From positions 1 to 52,534 of IMG/VR virus record IMGVR_UViG_3300025411_000647: a stretch of DNA of 52,534 nucleotides, one strand, 5' to 3'. The notes below the pieces were generated by a model. It was not told where the DNA came from. It did not search any database and worked only from the letters and a program-made list of their open reading frames with translations. Origin of the DNA: a virus (lineage: Duplodnaviria; Caudoviricetes). Shown piece after piece: positions 46,820-52,534 of the stretch. Made by a program: the position numbers and the translations under genes. The stretch's first letter is position 1. Each line of letters starts with the position of its first letter.

Positions 46820-46842
46820 GACAGATCTCCTTTTTAAAAAAT

Positions 46843-46919
46843 TGGTAGCCTTACTCTGACTCGAACAGAGGACCTATGCGTTATCAACACATTGCTCTAA
46901 CCAACTGAGCTATAAGGCT
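46843..46919 (-). tRNA. tRNA-Ile(GAT)
   Basis: Loop TT GAT AA. Confidence 0.93.
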
Positions 46920-46921
46920 AA

Positions 46922-46997
46922 TGGTGGAGGTTACAGGGATCGAACCTGCGACATTTTGCTTGCAAAGCAAACGCTCTCCCAACTGAGCTAAACCCCC
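46922..46997 (-). tRNA. tRNA-Ala(TGC)
   Basis: G3:U70, loop TT TGC AA. Confidence 0.93.
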
Positions 46998-47002
46998 AAA
47001 AA

Positions 47003-47076
47003 TGGTTGCGGGTGATGGAATCGCACCACCAACTGGAGCTTATGAGACTCCCGAGATACTATTTCTCTAACCCGCC
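47003..47076 (-). tRNA. tRNA-fMet-like (CAT)
   Basis: Unpaired 1-72 (G/A), 3' CCCGCAACCA, loop CT CAT AA; T loop TGCGATT. Confidence 0.78.
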
Positions 47077-47081
47077 AAACT

Positions 47082-47157
47082 TGGCTCCACAGGGTGGGCT
47101 CGAACCACCGACCAAATGATTAACAGTCATCTACTCTACCGACTGAGCTACTGCGGA
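47082..47157 (-). tRNA. tRNA-Asn(GTT)
   Basis: Loop CT GTT AA, G73. Confidence 0.93.
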
Positions 47158-47163
47158 ATAACT

Positions 47164-47238
47164 TGGTACACGGTACGGGAATCGAACCCGTCTTACTGAC
47201 GTGAAAGGCCAGTGTCCTAACCGATAGACGAACCGTGC
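47164..47238 (-). tRNA. tRNA-Glu(TTC)
   Basis: Loop CT TTC AC. Confidence 0.92.
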
Positions 47239-47247
47239 ATACTAACT

Positions 47248-47322
47248 TGGCGGCTCCAAGGAGAATCGAACTCCTATTAATGGCGTGACAAGCCACCGTA
47301 CTAACCATTATACTATGAAGCC
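47248..47322 (-). tRNA. tRNA-Asp(GTC)
   Basis: Loop TT GTC AC, G73. Confidence 0.92.
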
Positions 47323-47328
47323 AAAATT

Positions 47329-47414
47329 TGGTGGAGGAAGTAAGATTCGAACCTACTCATCCATTGGAAACAGATTTACAGTCTGCCGCGCCTCTCCAAC
47401 TGCGCCGTTCCTCC
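47329..47414 (-). tRNA. tRNA-Tyr(GTA)
   Basis: Loop CT GTA AA, extended variable arm. Confidence 0.92.
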
Positions 47415-47664
47415 ATGTCTTAATTATAACACTCTCCCGCTATGCTGTCAACCGTTATGCATACGGTAGAGGAGAGTGTGTATTAAAAGCCACTAACGAC
47501 ACATGCTATGCACAACAGTTTTCATGACTGCTTGTGGCAATGGCTTTTAATACGCTGTAATTTTTCACACTAGAAGAAGTGGTTCATCCTACAGGCCGCC
47601 CATTCGCCCATGTTTTAAGTGCGGGCTAGGATCTCGTTTCCTATACACACTTTTTCGAAAGTCT

Positions 47665-47702
47665 AAAAACAAAAAACCCCAGGGTTGTTAATCCTAGGGT
47701 CC
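47665..47702 (-). terminator. intrinsic terminator (attenuator) upstream of the tRNA array
   Basis: GACCCTAGG-9nt-CCTGGGGTT followed by TTTTGTTTTT. Confidence 0.85.
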
Positions 47703-47751
47703 TTGGAGTTTAAATGTAAACTTAGTTTACAAAATGTCCTCCCGGACCCTA
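47695..47751 (-). promoter_or_regulatory. antiterminator hairpin, mutually exclusive with the terminator
   Basis: TAGGGTCC-G-GGAG (47751-47739) pairs with CTCC-AA-GGACCCTA (47708-47695); inner TGTAAAC/GTTTACA stem. Confidence 0.75.
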
Positions 47752-47876
47752 CTATTAATCTCTGGTGTGCGATCATATGATAAACTTCCGCCATTAATCG
47801 CTGACCAAGAACAGGCTATTACACCTGCCAGTTTGGGCATCGTATTAAATTGCTGATGTTTAAAACTCGATTGCAT
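47727..47876 (-). CDS. 49-aa leader peptide containing all 20 amino acids
   Basis: MQSSFKHQQFNTMPKLAGVIACSWSAINGGSLSYDRTPEINSRVREDIL*; between the promoters and the terminator; weak GAG SD. Confidence 0.7.
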   Translation of the reverse strand: MQSSFKHQQFNTMPKLAGVIACSWSAINGGSLSYDRTPEINSRVREDIL

Positions 47877-47933
47877 TTTTGTTCTCGTTTATCTCTTCTG
47901 AAAATTAGCTAGCATTATTGCTAACTAGTCTCT

Positions 47934-47962
47934 ATTGTAGCACCTTGCTACAACTGCGTCAA
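47934..47962 (-). promoter_or_regulatory. sigma70 promoter P2 of the tRNA operon
   Basis: TTGACG-17-TACAAT. Confidence 0.8.
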
Positions 47963-48017
47963 CCACTTTTGGCTAACTTGTTAAAGTTATTTATGCCTTA
48001 GTGGTTAACTAGTCTCT

Positions 48018-48046
48018 ATTGTATTATATATAGTCTCTTATGTCAA
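48018..48046 (-). promoter_or_regulatory. sigma70 promoter P1 of the tRNA operon
   Basis: TTGACA-17-TACAAT; shares TACAATAGAGACTAGTTA with P2. Confidence 0.85.
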
Positions 48047-48070
48047 GACCTATATGATAATGTGGCTTTT

Positions 48071-48199
48071 TTACAACGATTCGTATTCATCCTTGCCTAC
48101 ACCACACTCGGGGCAGGTAAAGTCTGCTGGCAAATCTTCCCATACACCTTCTGTTTCCTCATCGTGGACATGACCACATACTACGCATACGTGTTCCAT
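48071..48199 (-). CDS. rubredoxin (42 aa)
   Basis: CVVCGH...WEDLPADFTCPECGVGK; GGAGG SD. Confidence 0.9.
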   Translation of the reverse strand: MEHVCVVCGHVHDEETEGVWEDLPADFTCPECGVGKDEYESL

Positions 48200-48648
48200 T
48201 ATAGTGCCTCCAAAACTTTCTTGTAAGCAAGAGCGTGACGCTCTTCAACTTTCTTCAAAGCCGCAAAACGTTTTTCTGCTTTTTTAAGCATTTGAACAAA
48301 CTCACTAGCGTGTTCTCTGCTTTCGGCAATTTGAGTTTTGGCTTCTTTAGCTGCCGCATAGTCCCCTTCTTCCATTGCCTTGTCTAAAAATTCAGGATAC
48401 ATTACTGTGAACTCATATGTTTCACCTTCGATGGCTTTTTGTAGGCACTCCTGAGTTGTTGGCTTGCCAATTAGCAATTCTAAATGCCCCCATGCGTGTA
48501 GTAACTCTTGATCAGCAGTGTGTTCAAAATGTTTAGCTACATCCTCAAAGCCTTCTGCTCTTGCCAATTTGGCAAAATAGCGATACTTGATGTGAGCTTG
48601 TGACTCACCGGCAAACGCCGATTCTAAGTTTTTAATTGTGATAGACAT
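48199..48648 (-). CDS. rubrerythrin (ferritin-like domain only)
   Basis: NL..AFAGESQA..KY..FA..AR.EG, E..H, EGE.YE, E.EH; start MSITIKNL with AGGAG SD. Confidence 0.9.
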   Translation of the reverse strand: MSITIKNLESAFAGESQAHIKYRYFAKLARAEGFEDVAKHFEHTADQELLHAWGHLELLIGKPTTQECLQKAIEGETYEFTVMYPEFLDKAMEEGDYAAAKEAKTQIAESREHASEFVQMLKKAEKRFAALKKVEERHALAYKKVLEAL

Positions 48649-48783
48649 TTTTTTTCTCCTTTGTGTGTGTTGTCTTACTAGTTTTATTGTAATAGTATTT
48701 AACAATAAGATCGAGCATTTTAATTGATTTTTTAATAATTATTTTAATAACGATAATAGAAAAAATCAATAACAATTAGTGGT

Positions 48784-48809
48784 AAAAAAAGGCTCCGAAG
48801 AGCCTTTTT
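48784..48809. terminator. bidirectional intrinsic terminator
   Basis: A7-GGCTC-CGAA-GAGCC-T5. Confidence 0.85.
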
Positions 48810-48823
48810 ATTCTAATCTTGGA

Positions 48824-49288
48824 TTAGAATGCGTACTTAACACCGATCAATGCTTGATTGCCAGTTTGGCTGCTAATACGATCTTGTGCCTTAGCATAAC
48901 GATAATCAGCTGTTGCTGAAATCTTTGCTGTAACTGGAATAGTTACACCAGCACCAATAAGACCTTCGTATCCGTTTGGTTGACCATTACGAGAATCAAC
49001 ATAACCGACACCAGCTTTTAGTCCAATGCTTGTAGCACCCAATTTAGCTACTTCGTATGAACCAATTAAGTTGAAGTTATTAGCTTCAACTGAGTTTTTC
49101 TTTTTGAAGTTGTGATCAATTTCAGCTGTTACACCAAATTTACCAAACGATTCACCAACAGTAATACCTGCTGGATTGCTTGTGTGGCTATTTGATTGGA
49201 AAGTTTCCCCGCCGATAATACCAACTTCTACTGCGCTTGCTGAAATAGCTGCTAGAGCTAAGATTGATGCAATTGCGATTTTTTTCAT
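48824..49288 (-). CDS. small outer-membrane beta-barrel protein (OmpA/Ail-like)
   Basis: Signal peptide, alternating beta strands, C-terminal GVKYAF. Confidence 0.85.
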   Translation of the reverse strand: MKKIAIASILALAAISASAVEVGIIGGETFQSNSHTSNPAGITVGESFGKFGVTAEIDHNFKKKNSVEANNFNLIGSYEVAKLGATSIGLKAGVGYVDSRNGQPNGYEGLIGAGVTIPVTAKISATADYRYAKAQDRISSQTGNQALIGVKYAF

Positions 49289-49337
49289 AGTTTACTTCCT
49301 TTTAATATTAAAAAACAATGACTATTGTCATTTGACT

Positions 49338-49366
49338 ATTATATATGTCTGATAACGGATAGTCAA
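49338..49366 (-). promoter_or_regulatory. sigma70 promoter for the OMP gene
   Basis: TTGACT-17-TATAAT, flanked by a TTGACTAT/ATAGTCAA inverted repeat. Confidence 0.75.
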
Positions 49367-49386
49367 GAAATATTTAACTCAAATTT

Positions 49387-50553
49387 TTAATTACTTAAAT
49401 TAGCTGTTTTCTTAAAAATATAAACACCCTCGCTTTTATACGCATTCTGGGTTTTACCGTTTCCTACTCCTGGCCGTACATTTAACATCATATCAATAGT
49501 TTCTATGTATTTAAAACCCATTTTTTGACTTAATTCTAACCAAGTATCTACAATTTTTGTTTGATCTTTACCGACTTTATAATCTGCTATATTCACAGCA
49601 TAAATGCCATCTTCAGATAACCCTTTATGTATCATACGAAGTGTGGGTTCGACATATTGCTCAAACCATGTTTCTCTATTAGAATAACGGTTCATACATT
49701 GTGTAGGTTCATCGCTATAGATTTCTAAATTAAAATAAGGTGGGCTACTAAATGCGGCATCAAAAAATTCTGGTATAACATTAAAATCTTCACTGCCACA
49801 ATGATGCATTTCGAATTCAGTGCCAACTACATCATTAATCAATTCGCCTAACGCTACTAGCCCGTTATATGTTTTTGTATTAGGATCTATACCAGTATAA
49901 TGATAACGCATACCGCTAGTCATTGCACCCAACATTCGGCCACCGTACCCACTACTAAAATCAAGTACACGGCCGAACATTGTGGGACAAATATATTCCC
50001 AAACGGCTGTGGCATTTAAAGGTTTAAAATTTTGTATTGTGCCACCGCTGACTAATTCTAATGCTCGTCGAATATTAATAGGTAATACAGTTTTATCGCC
50101 TTCGTCCCTATGTTTATAACATAAGTTTATTGCACGACGCAATTTTTTATCGTTATGAAATCTGCTGTCAAGACTTACTGTTTTACTTCCTGCTGTAGTT
50201 GCTTCCTGCATATTTGGAAACCAAAATCTGCTAAGTCCTAAACCAGCTGTATTACCGGTAGGAATTTTTTTATCCTTGATAACTGGACTACGACCTCTAA
50301 GGTTGAGTATCTGTTCTCGGCAACCATCCAGACTATAATATGTAATTGGCAATATATCAATGCCGCGATACAAATCAAAAACATCTTGTTCTATTGCCAA
50401 TTTACCTGCGTCATTTTCCTTAACCCATCGATCCTTGGTGAGTTTCATAAGATCGGGATAAACAGATTCATAACCCGTAGATGAAGGATCAGAAGAAACA
50501 TAGTTCCATTCTAATCCAACATAGTCGAAGTAATCAGTTATCGTCTTGTCCAT
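49387..50553 (-). CDS. amino (N4-C/N6-A) DNA methyltransferase
   Basis: LDFSSGYGGR (motif I), GIDPN, FSSPPYF (motif IV). Confidence 0.85.
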   Translation of the reverse strand: MDKTITDYFDYVGLEWNYVSSDPSSTGYESVYPDLMKLTKDRWVKENDAGKLAIEQDVFDLYRGIDILPITYYSLDGCREQILNLRGRSPVIKDKKIPTGNTAGLGLSRFWFPNMQEATTAGSKTVSLDSRFHNDKKLRRAINLCYKHRDEGDKTVLPINIRRALELVSGGTIQNFKPLNATAVWEYICPTMFGRVLDFSSGYGGRMLGAMTSGMRYHYTGIDPNTKTYNGLVALGELINDVVGTEFEMHHCGSEDFNVIPEFFDAAFSSPPYFNLEIYSDEPTQCMNRYSNRETWFEQYVEPTLRMIHKGLSEDGIYAVNIADYKVGKDQTKIVDTWLELSQKMGFKYIETIDMMLNVRPGVGNGKTQNAYKSEGVYIFKKTANLSN

Positions 50554-51010
50554 TAGTACCTTTGCGCCAATCTTCGCTTATAATAGTCTTATCAGAATTA
50601 CAATTCAAGCATAACGATCTGATGTTTTCTTCTGAGTCGTTACCGCCATCTGCTTGCCTAATTTGATGGTCTCCGATAATACGATTACGACAAAGCCTAT
50701 TAAACAAAACAGGGTTATCTGATTCCATTGTAGGATACTTTTGCCTTACTTGTTCTGAAACATCTACACCACAGTCATCACATATCCATTTTCTATGCAA
50801 TGTATGTAGTCGATCAATTTTTCCAGGACCGCCATATTCGACAAGTTTAAGACTGTGATCTCTACATAAGATATCACTACCCGGGCCCTCAAACATGGAC
50901 AGAGGATTTTTACATCCGTCCATGCAACAGATTCGATTTAGTCGAATCTGTTCCTTGAGAACACTTTGACTTTTTAATTTGTCCTTGCTAGGATCTCGTA
51001 ACTTAGTCAT
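50534..51010 (-). CDS. HNH endonuclease with zinc fingers
   Basis: CDDC...DH.I...DGG.....N...LCLNCN..KT. Confidence 0.8.
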   Translation of the reverse strand: MTKLRDPSKDKLKSQSVLKEQIRLNRICCMDGCKNPLSMFEGPGSDILCRDHSLKLVEYGGPGKIDRLHTLHRKWICDDCGVDVSEQVRQKYPTMESDNPVLFNRLCRNRIIGDHQIRQADGGNDSEENIRSLCLNCNSDKTIISEDWRKGTNGQDDN

Positions 51011-51011
51011 A

Positions 51012-52202
51012 TTACCACAAGTCTGCTTTATTAACTACAGTAAAACCATTGTTAGGAACAAACTTAGGAACTTTAAGTTTGGTACTCTTTTTCAGTTGTG
51101 CAATCAAGAATGGAATTCCTGTACGCATTTCTGTTGTAAATCCTCTTACAATGATATCGCCGTTAGCATCAACATCAGTACTACCGTTATTAGCCGACCT
51201 GTACCAATTTTTATAGGCATTTTGTACCTTGTCCCAGAAAGGACTATTAGGACTAAAGTCAGCGGCAAAATTTTGTTTGGTAAAGGCAACAAACTCTAAC
51301 AAGTATGCATCATCTACTTCGATACCTTGCTCGTAGCAAAGATTAAAATATTCATACAACTGTCTAGCTTCCTTAGGTTCTACAGGACGGTCTTCGTTTA
51401 AGAAACTCCAGTACTGTGCAAACATACGAGTAACTTCTGGATGCTTGCGTGTTTTCAAACTTTTACTCATTAGTGTATCAGCAAGCAAGGTAAATGCACC
51501 TGGCTGATCTTCATCACCAAATTTATTGTGTGTTGCAAATAATCCGGCTGCTGAAAGATAGTCATTTTTCAATGCTGTATCTTTCCACTCGTCATCGTCG
51601 GCACCGTCTACCTTGGCACCAAACACCATCTGAATGTACTTGTCGATAAAATCTAATTCTTCTTTAGCATCGCCGTTCAACAAAATAAAGTTACGACGGA
51701 TTTCTAATTTATGTTTAACATTATAAACTACAACTGGCACAAGTGCGTTGGCTGTTTGTTCGCCAAATACTTTTGTAAGTATAATGTAAAGTGAGATTGC
51801 AGTGTGCTGCCCATCCCATGCTATATAGTAGCCAGGTTTACTTTCATCTTCATATACTTGAATAGCCATTGCCATCGTGCTTTTGAAGAATTGCAAAATT
51901 TTCAATACATGACGTAGATTCAAACTACGTTGCATTGTAGTGTCAATTAGGATCTTATCCATAGGGATCATAATTGCTTTACACAATTCAAGATCCGTGA
52001 ATTTCTTCCAATCTGCGTGTCTACGTTTAAATTCATCTACTACCGCTGTTAGCATCGGAGTAAACACAGGTGCAAATTTTAGAGCATCATTTAATCGTTG
52101 TTGTAACGTGATAAAATGACTTTGGTTAGTCAAGTATCGTGAATTAATTTTTTGAGCGTGAGATAATTGAGTCATACTTCTTTTTTCCTTTGTTGCGGGC
52201 AT
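51012..52202 (-). CDS. ParB/Srx-fold (DGQH-motif) protein
   Basis: QR...WDGQHT motif. Confidence 0.65.
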   Translation of the reverse strand: MPATKEKRSMTQLSHAQKINSRYLTNQSHFITLQQRLNDALKFAPVFTPMLTAVVDEFKRRHADWKKFTDLELCKAIMIPMDKILIDTTMQRSLNLRHVLKILQFFKSTMAMAIQVYEDESKPGYYIAWDGQHTAISLYIILTKVFGEQTANALVPVVVYNVKHKLEIRRNFILLNGDAKEELDFIDKYIQMVFGAKVDGADDDEWKDTALKNDYLSAAGLFATHNKFGDEDQPGAFTLLADTLMSKSLKTRKHPEVTRMFAQYWSFLNEDRPVEPKEARQLYEYFNLCYEQGIEVDDAYLLEFVAFTKQNFAADFSPNSPFWDKVQNAYKNWYRSANNGSTDVDANGDIIVRGFTTEMRTGIPFLIAQLKKSTKLKVPKFVPNNGFTVVNKADLW

Positions 52203-52264
52203 ACTTGCCCTAATTTGCGGTCATACTCGACCATATACACAGCAGAATTACTGTGTACAATGTA

Positions 52265-52293
52265 ATTATAATATCTTTGAGTACTCGAGTCAA
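52265..52293 (-). promoter_or_regulatory. sigma70 promoter for the ParB-like/HNH/MTase cassette
   Basis: TTGACT-17-TATAAT. Confidence 0.8.
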
Positions 52294-52294
52294 T

Positions 52295-52321
52295 AAAAAA
52301 GGCACTCGAAAGTGCCTTTTT
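52295..52321. terminator. bidirectional terminator after tmRNA
   Basis: A6-GGCACT-CGAA-AGTGCC-T5. Confidence 0.85.
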
Positions 52322-52534
52322 GGTTAAGTTTGGTGACAAGGATCAACCAATCCTCGCGAGGGCAGTTTCTTAGGCTGCGATTGCAAATTCTGCATCATTA
52401 GCAGAAGCTAATGTTACTGGAACTTGGAAAAACTCGAATGTATTTGCTTTTGCATTTACGTTATTTGCTTGATTTACAGTCATCGCCTACTGTGTTGCCG
52501 TCTCTACTATCTACCCCTGTCGAAACCATGGCAG
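52322..52534 (-). ncRNA. ssrA: tmRNA, coding piece (5' end beyond the window; probably two-piece/permuted)
   Basis: 5' ...CTGCCATGGTTTCGACAGGG; TAAAT-GCA resume site; tag AKANTFEFFQVPVTLASANDAEFAIAA* (52453-52370); terminal pseudoknot. Confidence 0.85.

Noticed and set aside
37443-47414. Stop-codon reassignment or suppressor tRNAs
   Set aside because: No CUA or UCA suppressor anticodons were found (the TAA- and TAG-anticodon tRNAs are Leu, TGA is Ser), and genes are full length in code 11.
45871-47527. ORFs 45871..46089, 46318..46500, 47120..47308 and 47285..47527
   Set aside because: They overlap well-formed tRNA genes and have no SD or recognisable motif.

Overview
This window reads as part of a large (jumbo-type) tailed dsDNA bacteriophage genome. 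It is AT-rich, uses the standard genetic code, and has sigma70-type early promoters plus T4-like TAAATA late motifs. The host is probably a Gram-negative proteobacterium, inferred from lipoproteins, an outer-membrane beta-barrel and an ssrA tag ending ANDAEFAIAA. Layout: (1) 1-7.7 kb holds small early genes (lipoproteins, entericidin, metallophosphoesterase, IF-1). (2) 7.8-34.7 kb is a dense enzyme island of 10 radical SAM proteins, about 9 2OG-Fe(II)/cupin oxygenases, and PLP, adenylate-forming, QueC-like, GNAT, SGNH and kinase-like genes, ending at a tail-fibre-like gene. (3) 37.4-47.9 kb is a minus-strand tRNA operon with 27 tRNAs covering all 20 amino acids, interleaved with 2OG oxygenases, rpoZ, a parvulin and several structured ncRNA candidates. 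(4) The end holds rubredoxin/rubrerythrin, an OMP, a ParB-like/HNH/methyltransferase cassette and the coding piece of a probably two-piece tmRNA. Top observation: the tRNA operon is preceded by tandem sigma70 promoters and an unannotated 49-codon leader ORF containing all 20 amino acids, overlapping a mutually exclusive antiterminator/terminator pair. This is a candidate 'any-tRNA-shortage' translational attenuator. Second: a separately promoted tRNA scaffold whose anticodon arm is replaced by a near-copy of the 23S rRNA sarcin-ricin loop. All structures were folded by eye and no database searches were run.
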